DNA of 64,000 nucleotides, taken from the NCBI RefSeq assembly GCF_964204645.1, contig NC_134026.1:21796150-21860149 (forward strand). The letters run 5' to 3'. The position numbers were made by a program, and so were the translations under genes. This DNA comes from Tubulanus polymorphus (lineage: Eukaryota; Animalia; Nemertea). The notes beneath the pieces were generated by a model. It ran no database searches and was not told where the DNA came from. It saw only the letters and a list, made by a program, of their open reading frames with translations. Positions 24,268-35,985 of the stretch are shown piece after piece (the stretch's first letter is position 1; the number at the start of each line of letters is the position of its first letter).

Positions 24268-27200
24268 CACAGGGGCTCGTATCAGAGTTGAAGGTAATGT
24301 GAAAACGATTATCTGTTAATCCAATGTATATAGTATATATAAAATAACAAGGGGGCTAACGACGCTCACAAACTACTCAACTTAGCGATGTTCACGGGAG
24401 CCGCCATATTGGATTTTTCAGCCTGCCGGCATGGGGAATTTTAAGAAACAAGCCAACTTCAGGGTTAAATAGCGTATAAATGAGACACTGTCAGAAATTA
24501 ATAAACGTATTTTTATAAACAGTACTTGCTTATGTTGTCTTTTGATGCATTACATCATGTCTATTTTCAATAATTACTGTGGAAACGAGGTTTTTGCGCT
24601 GGCAAATTTTCGCTTCGAATGTAAACAATACGCCGCCATCTTGGATTTCATCGCGAAGCGACGGATATGAATATGCATTTCTAACCGAATTTTCCTTATT
24701 AGGATAATGAATTTGAAGCCCAGAAATTAGCATATCAATGGCGAATGACCTTCTTTTTTGTAACAGCTTCATCGATTTTACAACTAATCGGAAATTTAAC
24801 CTCAGCCAGACGGTTCGAATCCCAGGTAAGCCAATTTTTTTATCAAACAGCGTACTAAGAACTCAAAAATCGGATTTAATTCAATCGAGCTCAACGAAAA
24901 TAAGCTTTAATCTGATGGAATATAACGTCTGCAAAATAAAATAAATTACGGATCCCCGCAATTTCGCGCACTTCCTTGACTAGGGCGTTATTTAAGGGTC
25001 CCGGTGATTACGTCATCGATTATTTGTAAACAAACGCACGTGCGGAAAACAGCTGACTGTATTCATAATAAAAAGATGCCCAATCATTAACATTTCTGGC
25101 CATTTCTTATATCCAAAAGCTAGAATCTTAACAAAACCATATGATGGGCCTATCTTATTCATTAATAGCCTACCATAGTTGTTTCAATAATGAATAAGTA
25201 TGACTATATGGACATCCAATTAATTTTTTGAGACTTTTGAGTGAAAAAATCTGAATGATCAAAACTAGAAGTAGGCGAACAAAATAGGACATGCCTAGTT
25301 TTTTTGTGTCAAATTGGCCAAAATTCTATGTACAGGTCTAAATATAATCTGAATTTGTTTTTCTATACATTTCATCGTAAACTTTCTATTTATAGGTTAA
25401 TCATGTTACAGCCTGATAGCGATGTCGATGATGATTCATTAATGACAAGTGATGTTCTTCATTACCATAAAAACAATGGCAGGAAGAAATGTGGTGAATG
25501 GATAAATGAACATTTTCCATCAACAAACAAGAGTTCAATTTATACCAAGCTTGACAGGATGGTGAAACATCATGAAAGTTTGCTGAAGTCAAAGAATCGG
25601 CCATCAAAAAAGGTAATGTTACATCTCATCATTAGAAAATGACATTCTCGACCATCTCGAATCTATAATAGTTTTTATAATATAATAGTTTTTAGTTGAT
25701 AAAAACATAAGATAGAGTTTTTTGTCAATTAATTTTAATAAAGAATGAAAAATACTCTACAGTCCTACAATAATGATAGAATTTATAAATGCAGTATTAT
25801 AAACTTGAAGGGAGACAAAAATATAAATTCAGTTTTTTCTCCAGTGAAGCAATTAGCCAAATTTCATTTCTTGTAGGAAGAACTTCAAAAATGGCTGCGA
25901 ACACCATTCGAAATGTCCAATAAGCGCAATTGTCAAGATGAACAGCAAGCTGATCACAGTTACTCTGCATCACCTTTACCTGAAAAAGAAAATCCATGTT
26001 ATAATTCCATCTTAGAAGAAAAGAAAAAACAGCTGAAAAGAGTAACTGAAAGTAAGCGATATTACAAAAATAAGAGTGAAAATTTAGAAAGATCTACATC
26101 ATCAACTGCATTACAGGTTTGCGATAACTGTACTGATATAATAAGAGAACTTGAAACCTGCCAGCAAGTCAATTTAGATCTAAAGGAAAAATGTAGAATG
26201 TATGAAGAAAATATTAGATTGAACAGTGAGATTGAACAAACAGAAACTGACGGGGTATATAACACCAAATTCAGAGCTCTGGTTTATGAATTACTGATGC
26301 ATCATGTTCCAAGTGAACATGTTAATTCTGTAATAAGTTCATGCTTTAAATATCTTGGGAAAACTCCATCAAAACTGCCAAATACTAGTACTATACGACG
26401 AATGAACATCGAACGATTAGGCTTAAGCCAGATGCAATTGGGGGATGAACTAAGTCGTAAAGAGAATACAACATTATATTCTGACGAAACATCTAAATTC
26501 GGAGAGAAATACATGGGTTTTCACGTGACAGGGGAAGACAGAAAACATTACGTACTTGGACTGAGAGACCTCACCACCAAATCAGCAGATGACACCCTCC
26601 ATACATTCAAACAAATAATACAAGACATTGATGACAGATGCTCCGAAACAACTAATACAACTGGCAAACACATTTTAAAGAATATTCAGAATACAATGTC
26701 CGATCGTGCAGCTACTGAGCTTAAGTGGCACGAACTCCTCTCCAACTACAGATTGAACATATTACCTGAGACGATTTCTAACTGGAATTTAATGTCAGCG
26801 GACGACAAAGCACCCATCGAAAGTTTAGCGAATTTTTTCTGTGGCTTACATAGCTTTGTTCAGGTGGCTGAAGTCACCCAGAAAGTCCTCCTGCAGCAAC
26901 AAAAAGAAAAAGACCTGGTCGTAACAGGGCCACAGATTATACAACCATCGGAGCCAGGTGTCATTCGTCTGATACGTACCGCGGCAAAAGCGTTTGCAAG
27001 GGGTGCCGATGAAAAAAGTGGATGTCATGCCCACTTCAAAAGTTTCCTGACTGAGTTCCTCAAACATCATCAACTCAGAAGTATACCAATTGTTCCTTTT
27101 CGAGGAAATCGATTCAATATCATCTTTTTCAATGGAGGATTTGTGTACTTTCTTCACAAAAAGATGATTGATTATTTGGAAATGGTTGATAATCCAAATC

Positions 27201-28431
27201 GCCTCTTGAAGTCTGTGTTTGCAGACCTTAAATCCGTAGACAATATCGCTGGATGTAAAGCATTAGGGCTAATCAGTAAATTCATCACTGGACCATTGTG
27301 GAGGCTCACTGAGGATAAAACAGTAAAAATGGTAGACCTCATTCGATTTGTTCCAGAGCTCATCAGTTACATCGAAAGTGCTAGTGCCAGGATCAGTGAA
27401 TTTATGAATGGTGAACTTGAAGTCTTTAGCGACATATATCCTGTAAAGAAAGATCATGTATATTCATGTTTGATAGAAGAATCTGAATATGATAATGAAT
27501 GTGAACTGCAACTTTCCGTCATCTAACCTGCTATTGTCAATCTGCTCAAGGAACAGTATAAGGAATTTTTGGAGGGAGGTGAATTCTCAACTAATGAGAA
27601 ACATTCAACATCAGGAAGTGCTGAGCTACACAATAAGTTTGCAGAAAGAGTCTTTGCCTATTCTGATCAGTTACTCAGATTCAAGCCCAACATCAGTCAC
27701 ATTGGAATTGAAGCTTATATTATGTTCTCCCTCAACAAGACACAAGACTGGCTAGCATCAAAACCTACAAAACAGCAAGAAGCACTTGTACAGAAAGCCA
27801 TGACTGATCGCCGCAAGATACAAGAGCTTTACAAATTGCGCAGAAAAGAGATAGCTGAAAAAAGAATTCAGAACTTAGCTGATAAGAGAAAGGCGCTAGC
27901 TGAAAAAAGAGAACGGCAAATGAAGGAAAGAGAACTAATAATCAAAGACATCATGTATTATGGCTTTTGGCAAACTCCCCAAGATGTTATCCAGAGTTTG
28001 AATAATCTGAAAACCAAAAGTGATAAAGAAATGGCTTTGAAGGGACAGCTAAGGTTCCGTGAGATAATTCTCCAGCAGCAATGGGATGATGCTTCTATAT
28101 ACAGATTTTCTGTGAGAGTAGATGAAAAGAAAAGAAGGAATTTAAGTTTAGATGAACTACAAGCAAATGTCATTCAGCTTGTCGAAGCAGCAGAAGCGAT
28201 TCCAACAACCGCAACGGAAAGAGAACGAGCTGGAAATTTGATAGGGAAAACAATGTAAAAAATGAAGACGATCCAAATGATAGCGGCGTACTCACCAAAT
28301 TTTTAGCTACGGTTATTTCTTCTGTTCCTGGTTACTCGTCATGGTTCAATATCAAGTACGATAATGATGATGCATTGTATGTTGAGAAACTGGAAGAAGA
28401 AATACAAAGCGGAAATATCACAGTGCTGTAA
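24268..28431 (+). mobile_element. DNA transposon with left end CACAGGGGCTCGT carrying a DDE transposase gene; right end not found
   Basis: At 24268 the 13-bp terminus is identical to the foldback element, followed by a similarly placed AAGGG(G/A)GCTAAC motif; the transposase gene lies downstream. Confidence 0.6.
25403..28431 (+). pseudogene. Divergent RNase H-fold DDE transposase (CxxH type), spliced, with two frameshifts and a C-terminal Tudor/spindlin-like segment
   Basis: Exon 25403-25612 (AAG|GTAATG) splices in phase 0 to 25877 (TTGTAG|GAAGAA). After a coiled coil come LYSDETSK, NTMSDRAA, FFCGLH and FRGNRFN. A frameshift near 27520 leads to HNKFAERVF; a second near 28256 leads to 28261-28431 (ATVISSVPGYSSWFNIKYDNDDALYVEKLEEEIQSGNITVL*). 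Confidence 0.75.
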
Positions 28432-29460
28432 ATTAGTCAGTGTATTTATAAATACGTTATAAATATTAGTTATTTCATAATTGTTATTTTATTTTTAGAT
28501 ATCTAAAATTCCAGTTAGAGTTAAAACTAAGTTATACTAACCTCGACATTGAAGTTATATCAAAACGTCACCATGCACGCTTTCTAGGTAAACATCATAA
28601 AATTCCATGAATTCGCCAGGGATTCTGAAGTATTTTAAACGTATGTTCTTGATATTTTTCTGAATTAAATCGCCGAATGTGTAGTAGAATTTCAATTAAT
28701 CAGTTGACACTTTTACATCCCTTTCATTGCTTCTGATTATCGGCGGTGACAACGAAAAAAGCTGCAGGCTTAAATTCAAATTCAAATTAAGTAGTTTATT
28801 CACTGCTCGAAAAAAACATTAAAGGATGTTTAATACCTCATGATATAGCCCAAACCAGAAGGATTTCTTCAGTGTGTCATTATTTTTAATCCTATTTCTC
28901 TGACAGAACAGTGATTTTTTTGCTTAGCAGGCCTGTCAGACACAAGTTTATAACTAAAAAAAGTCAAACGAGTTAGTAGTTGTCCTCTTCTCACACTCAC
29001 AGTTTCATTTAATGGATGAGAGTGGTCCTATTTAAGACTAGTTGTTGCCCTCGACAAATGAAGGAGGCGTATAGATTTAAAATTATTTTTACAGATGGGG
29101 GCTAGACGTAGTATGGTCAGCTGAGTATGGTAAGATTATAATACTGTCAGGTGGTGGTCTGCTTGTTTCATATTATTTATATTCATATAAAATAACATGT
29201 CTGTCTGTTGTTGTTGTCTGTCTGAAATTGTACTGCACATGCACTTATTTTGTTTTCTTAAAGAAAGGGCCTGTCCGTGATATCATACCAACAGTGCTGC
29301 TATTTCCAGAACTCAAACTTTGCATGATGAAATAAACTACCCATTGGGTATGCTTCAATTTGAAAATTTTTTTATTTTGTCCCCGAAATCACTGACAGAC
29401 CCTTTAAGATACAACCTCCACAGTTGGACTTGTTAAGTCAGTGTGATCTATCTTTACAGG

Positions 29461-32384
29461 GTCTGAAACAACAGTACCGGTTCAGGAGCCAAACAATGAA
29501 GAGGCATCAAGGCAGACTCAATCGACAGGTAAAGGCACCTTATTAAGGCCAAAAATAATTTCTTGTCAACAGCGATACAGCATTACTTATGTCTTGGGCT
29601 ACATTTTGATTACACCATGTTTTCATTCATTTTTAGGATCAGATGAGCAGTCAGCTACATGTGGCAAGAACCAGCAGCAGAGAAATGGGATAACTGAATC
29701 AGGTAAATTAATTGAAAGTAAAAATTTAGATTTTAGCCCTTGTCTTGATGATATGTGGTATGTGTTGGTGTACCTACCCAAAGACATCTGCTGACAAATT
29801 TGGCGAATTGTGACATAAGTTGTTACCCAATACATAACTCCTAAATGCATGCTTGGATTGAATGGTCTAAACAGTGTATAAAAGCAACACTTTACTTAAT
29901 AGTTTTTCTTTACAATTTTTCAGAGATCAGGTCGTTATTTGATACCTCTAAAGACCAGATTCATTCTGCTGACATCTGTAAACATAACTGTCTGCATGTT
30001 TCATCAAAGGACAAACTCGAGTATACAAAAGGCACCCGGGTTATCAAATTTAATCATGATTGGTTTTTGATTAAGGAAGCATATGATGCAGTGACTGACA
30101 CTAAGTGGCTGGTATACCAGGAAAATGTAGGCATGTTCTGTGTACTACCGTATGTCGGAAACACGATGGGATCAGTAAGACTAACAAAAACAAAGTGTGG
30201 GTCAGTGCGCCATGTCAAAAGATAAGGACTGATGCGATGTATGATCATCTAGGATCGGAAAAGCACAAAGACTGTGTTAAGGCGGAATTACTTCAAAGAG
30301 GATCACTCTTCCAAAAACAGATTGACCAGAAAAGTGCATACGAAAATTCTGTTTTAAAAATGGCATTTGAGTCTTTGTATTATGTTATGAAGGAAGAAGT
30401 TGCACTGCTTAAATTCCATTCACTTCTTCAACTGATTAGCAGATGTGGTGTTCCCAGTATAGATCTGTTTGACTATTCTTCGCCAGCTTCTATAAGAGAA
30501 ATGGCTGTATGTATAGGCAAGGTAATAAAATCAGAGTTCATGAGTCAAATCAAAGATAATAACCGTGTGTTTGGTCTATTGACTGATGAAGTTAGTGACA
30601 TTAGTGTCAAAGAGCAGCTTGTTACTTTCATTAGGGCAGTGTCAAGGTCAGGTAAATCCCAAACTAACTTTTTGACCATTGATGAGTTGACTGGCTCTGC
30701 AAATGCAGATAATATTGTTAAAGCCTTGACCTCAGTAATCGAGGACAATGGTTTGGATGGAGGCATGATGACAAAGTTTGTCTCTGACGGAGTTTCTACG
30801 TTTACTGGCAAACACAATGGGGTAGCTGTACAGTTGAAAAGGAAATTCAACTACGCTATGTTGTCAATCCATTGCATTTGCCACAAACTGGCTTTGGCAA
30901 GTGCTGATGCTGATCAGTCTTTAGATATGATTAAAAATGCTGTCCAATTGTTAACAAATATTTGGAGATTTTTTGAAAATAGTCCTAGAAGGACATCAAA
31001 TCTTGTCAAAGTTCAAAGCCAGTTGAAGGCCCTGGCGGTAGATTCAAATTCTGTAGATTTTGTCAGTACTAAAATTAGGAAAGCATGTAGGACAAGATGG
31101 CTATCGATTGAACAATCTCTAGTATCCCTATTATCAAATTTTGTAGCGGTTTTACAAACACTACGTATCGAGAAAGAAGAGAGAGATGAACCATTAGCAA
31201 TAGGCCTCTTGCGGCAACTAAACAGTAGTAAAACCCTTGGGGTTCTTTACATATTGAATGTAATTGTGCCAGTTCTGGCATCTCTCAGTCGTTGCTTCCA
31301 GGCTTCGGAACTAAATTTCAGTATGCTAAAGCCAGCTATTGCTGCTGCCAAAAACAAGATAGTGTCTGAGCCTGATCCAATCATCAAATTGAAAAGGGAC
31401 ATAGCTGATGATGGGATCTTTAAATCTTTAGAACTTCAGTTAAACGAAACGACTGAAAAAAGTCTTGTGAATCTGTATTTAAAATACAAACTGTCGGTGA
31501 TTGACAATATTGATGCCAGGTTTGAAGGATGTCTTGGCGTATTAGATGCATTTGGCATATTCGATCCAACACTTATTCCTGATGAGCATACAGTTGAATT
31601 TACTTCCTATGGGAAAGCAGAGTTACCTGAAATTGCTAATCATTTCTTCCCTGGTGATAATGACAAAAGTAGAAAATTACACTTGGAGTATGATGGCTTC
31701 AAATACCAACTTTTGAAACAAAATAAAATTGAGGCTCGTATCAAAGAAGAAAAACAGAGAAAAAGTTCATGTGAGAAAAGTGCAAAAAAATCAAAAAAGC
31801 CAAAACATAGTGATACGGCAATTGAAATTGAAACCCCCCTGGAGAGATTATGTGATAAAGTGTTTTCTTCTTATGTCACCTACAGTAATTTCTACCCTAT
31901 TATAACCCAGTTATTAGAAATAGTGCATTCTGCACCTATTTCAAATGCGTGGCCTGAAAGGGGTGCTAGTGCCGTTAAACGCATAAAAACCAAAGCAAGA
32001 AACAGGATGTCTAATAAAGTTCTCAATGCACTGATGCAGGTTTCGATCAATGGCCCTAAATCTGATCAAGCAAGTTCAATAATCAACAAAGCTGTTGATC
32101 ATTGGCTCTCAAGTAAAACTAGGCGAAAGTTACCAAAACAGCAGAATCAAACTGTGACCATGGATTCCACTGCATCAGTTGCATCTTCAGTCTGCTCAGT
32201 ATCTGTTCAGACTGAAGATATTGATTCATTAGACATCACTGATGATTTCGTGGAAGAAGAGATTTCTATTGCTAGCACTTCACCAAAAGAAATGTCTACT
32301 TCCACCAGTGAGGAGCTAATGAAATTATTTGGTCTTGGCACTGATAGTGATGATAATGATGAAGATGAATTTGATGGTTTTTGA
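29461..32384 (+). pseudogene. hAT-superfamily transposase, ZNF862/DUF4371 type, frameshifted near 30145
   Basis: The TTF-type zinc finger is split across frames (WLVYQENVGMFC / CRKH...HLGSEKH). Then LLTDEVSDISVKEQL, FVSDGVSTFTG, IHCICHKLALA, TRWLS, the dimerisation motif PISNAWPERGASAVKRIKTKARNRM, and an acidic tail. Small upstream GT-AG exons at ~29461-29528 and ~29637-29702. Confidence 0.88.
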
Positions 32385-32689
32385 ATGAAAGAATTTTTGA
32401 AAGAAAGAATTTGCTGAATAAAGAAACAACATTTGTATGACAATAATGTGATTATTTATTTATTTATTTATTTATTATCGAAAAAAAGTTGAGTTTCAGA
32501 TGAGATAATCTTAATAAACTGAGTTTGTTAAAATTATGACCAGAAATTTAGTGTATCTCTTAATTGTGTCATTTTGATGAAGAATGTTAGGATTTCTGAG
32601 AATGGTTTTCTGAGAATATTTTTGTGCTAAATGCTCTCAGAATGCATCAAATTGGCTCTTAATTTTCAAAATTTTCCTCCATCCCCCTC

Positions 32690-32793
32690 GAGCTCCCCCT
32701 GCTCGCCGCTTCGCGGCTCGAATTGCACGAATTAGGGTGACCCTACAACATTTTCCAGTGACCCTATAACTACTTTTCCTAATGCAAACACTG
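32690..32793. mobile_element. Right terminus (TIR) of the hAT element
   Basis: CCTAATGCAAACACTG at 32778-32793 (reverse complement CAGTGTTTGCATTAGG), about 400 bp after the transposase stop; subterminal GTGACCCTA repeats. Confidence 0.6.
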
Positions 32794-32989
32794 TAACTAG
32801 GCTGAGATCAATTAATCATCTTTTAGAAAAGGTTTGTCTCTCATTCATTCAATTGTGTAACTGATATCTGTGAATAATCTACAATCAACAGATACCACAT
32901 TGAAATCTAATATACTTTATTTCAGGCACAATTCCTGTTTACTGTGGTATGAAATAAGATTGAGTCAAGCGCAAAACTTTAGGAGCATA

Positions 32990-33280
32990 TCAGAGGAGGA
33001 GTATCATAGGAGCAGCAGAGCAGGAGTATCGTAGGAGCAGGAGTATCTTAGGAGCAGCAGCAGTATCATAGGAGAAGTAGGACTATCATAGGTGCAGCGG
33101 GAGTATCGTAGGAGCAGCAGGAGTATCATAGGAGCAGCAGGAGTATCGTAAGAGTAGCAGGAGTATCATAGGAGCAGCAGGAGTATCATAGTAGCAGCAG
33201 GAGTATCGCAGGAGCAGCAGGAGTTTCGTAAGAGTAGCAGGAGTATCATAGGAGCAGCAGGAGTATCATAGGAGCAGCTG
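32990..33280. repeat. ~20-bp minisatellite
   Basis: About 14 copies of GGAGCAGCAGGAGTATCATA variants. Confidence 0.9.
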
Positions 33281-34502
33281 AATGAATCACAGAAGAGTTT
33301 AGATAAGTAGTTTTAGAATTATGTGTTAATTCATACCACTTATTGATAGAGGAGTTGAAGATGTTCAGGACCAGAGTTCAGTTTATCTTCTAACAGACTA
33401 GAACTAAATGTAGAATCATAACGGTTATTGAATATATCTCCAGCAAGTATCTGTATCAATCTTTAGCTCACTTCACACACAGCTATAGATCAGAGTTCCT
33501 TACAGCGACCACTGAATCAACCTATGGTAATCATTACAACTGAAATAATGATAACAGATTCTATATGAATACGTATGAAGCACATCTGAAACCAAAGTGA
33601 TAGAAAAATAGAAAGTTGTAAAATGTTTTCTGACGCAGTTTGATTTGTGTCAGATTGTAACTGTAGAAGTTTCACTCATTGTTTCAGTCTAATAGAGATA
33701 TAACTGATGTACATGTAACACTGACTGTGTAACACTGCAGTCATTTATTCACTTATTCCTCCTCAGTTTGAAGAATGTTTGTTCTCTCATCTTCATTTCG
33801 CGATAAGAATCATTCTCATCTGTGTAACTACAATATCGTAACATTTCTACTTATTCAATCATAGAGGGAATGAGTAATATGAGGTTTGGGTATGGAATGG
33901 GACAGGGTATGGTGTAGTTGACAGTAAGGGTAGGATAGGGTAATGTGATGAGGTAAGGTCGGTTGGATGATGCAGGGTTGTTTGATGTGGTTGGATTCGA
34001 TGATAAGTTTAATGTAGAACTGTTTGGGGGTAAGTGATGTAAGTGGTAGTGTACGGTGTGTATGTTCGGAGGGTGTATGATAACGGATCGAAAGGTTGCT
34101 GGTAGAGGGTGGTACAGTAGCCTCTCACTCACCAGGGCTCGGGTTGCTTCCTGCTGAAGCTCACGTCTACACAAACGCTGCCCGCAATTTATCCATCGGT
34201 CTGTTGGAATACAAGGAATTATCCAGCCAATGAAAACAGAGGAATTATCCAGCCAATGAAAATTATGGAAATATACATTATTCTTGTGTTGGTCCCTCGG
34301 TCCAGCGACCACCAGTGATGCCAGTCACTATGAGGTGTACATGTTTTACTGTTGGCAAATATCCTTCAATAAACTTTGATAAAGGATAAGTTGATGTCAG
34401 CAGCGCAGAATTTCGAGTTCCGGATCCGGAAAACAACATCACAGGAAATTATTGTATTTGTCTGAGTTCGTCCACAGATCAAGGGTCAAGGTCTAATCAT
34501 GT

Positions 34503-34750
34503 GACCTGGCAGTGACTTGTCTGCCCACACGGCAACCCACCCACTCTCCACCCGCCCGACCCCTGGCAGTGACCTGTCTGCCCACAAGGCAACCCACCCA
34601 CTCTACCCGCCCGACCCCTGTCAGTGACCTGTCTGCCCACACGGCAACCCACCTACTCTCCACCTGCCCGACCCCTGGCAGTGACCTGTCTGCCCACACG
34701 GCAACCCACCCATTCTCCACCCGCCCGACCCCTGGCAATGACCTGTTCGC
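34503..34750. repeat. ~57-bp tandem repeat, about 4.3 copies
   Basis: Unit CCCTGGCAGTGACCTGTCTGCCCACACGGCAACCCACCCACTCTCCACCCGCCCGAC. Confidence 0.9.
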
Positions 34751-35147
34751 CCGGCAGTTTTCGGCGCATGAGAGCAACTGGCTGGATACAATCAGTCTGA
34801 GCTAGCTTACGATTGGTTAGCGTCCATCTATCTCCAGTTCCAGCCAGTTGCTCATGTTCTACTTTTGAGCAACTAGTTGTACTCAGTTACTGTCATATCC
34901 ATCGATGTGAACGCCCCTTCATCAAAAACACATGGTTGTAACTGACTAAAACAAAGCAACGAGTCACATGACTTGAGATGCCTTGAGAATATTTGCTAGA
35001 TAACACATCTCAGATGCTGTCGATGTGTGTGCGCTATGGACCTAGCGACCGGCATGAGCCATGCAGTTGCTGGTTTTCATTAGATGGGTACTCGCTCATT
35101 AGCAACTAGTTATCTCTAATTGCTTTGTCGAAGTATGCTAAGCTTTA

Positions 35148-35475
35148 AGGCGGGCGTAGGTCGGCCTTGCGACGGCTTGCGACTCACTTGGATGCGACCG
35201 CCAGCGACGATTGCGTCGCAACGACTCACCGACCTACGCTACCTTGCGACTGCCAGCGACGGGTTGCGACTGCCAGTGACGCCAGTCGCAATGAGTCGCA
35301 CATGTTCTACTTTCTGCGACGCGATGCGACCGTCGCAACCGACCTGCGTGCTGTTGCGACTGGCAGCAACTAGTCGCACACAGTCGCTGACAACCGCATC
35401 ACAACCGACTTGCGCGGCCACCTGTGACGCAACGCGACGATCGCGTCGCATCGCAAGGCCGACCTACGCCCGGCT
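35148..35475. mobile_element. PIF/Harbinger (Tourist-like) MITE with TTA TSD
   Basis: TTA|AGGCGGGCGTAGGTCGGCCTTGCGA ... TCGCAAGGCCGACCTACGCCCGGCT|TTA; interior rich in TGCGAC/GTCGCA. Confidence 0.8.
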
Positions 35476-35799
35476 TTATAGACCTATGAAGGAAGTTTCA
35501 TCAGTGTTTGTGAGTTTCAGCGGAAGGCAACCAGACCCTGGCGAGTAAGGATGTGTAGGAGTGATGCTGGTATGGTATGTGTAAGGTAGGGGGCGGTGTG
35601 TGTAGAGTGTTAAGAATAGGGTAAGGTACAGTTAGAGGAATACGAAAGTGTAAGTTTGGGTAATGTGGGGTCAGGATGTTTGGTGTTGTTGAGGTGAGGG
35701 TGAATTCAGTAGAATTCATCCATGTCAAGTGTCCAAGTGGCAAATTTGGAAAATTATTTTGAGTTATACCTAAGGAAATGGGCTTTTAAAATCATTTGA

Positions 35800-35985
35800 C
35801 CAGTCTTGTTAGATTGGCTAAAGAACCAAAATGGTCTTAGCCTGGTCTTAAGTTGTAAGATTGGCTATAGAACCAAAATGAGTTTAGATTGGTCTTAAGT
35901 TGTTAGATTGGCTATAGAACCAAAATGAGCGTAGGCTGGTCTTAAGTTGTTAGATTATTGTTAGGACCAAAATCAGTTAGAACCA
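35800..35985. repeat. ~45-bp tandem repeat, about 4 copies
   Basis: Repeated GTCTTAAGTTGTTAGATTGGCTATAGAACCAAAATG. Confidence 0.85.

Larger units (their letters stand above)
34118..35555. mobile_element. Non-autonomous TIR element inserted in the inverted-repeat arm
   Basis: Imperfect ~45-bp TIRs ACTCACCAGGGCTCGGGTTGCTTCCTGCTGAAGCTCAC / GTGAGTTTCAGCGGAAGGCAACCAGACCCTGGCGAGT; absent from the other arm. Confidence 0.7.

Noticed and set aside
33851-34312. 153-aa ORF on the minus strand
   Set aside because: It spans a repeat arm/insertion junction and has low complexity and no domain motif.
35120-35548. 142-aa GC-rich ORF and overlapping ORFs
   Set aside because: They arise from the palindromic TGCGAC-rich MITE, which lacks stop codons.
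32990-35985. Regularly spaced repeats as a CRISPR-like array
   Set aside because: They are head-to-tail tandem units with no unique spacers, in a eukaryotic context with no cas genes.
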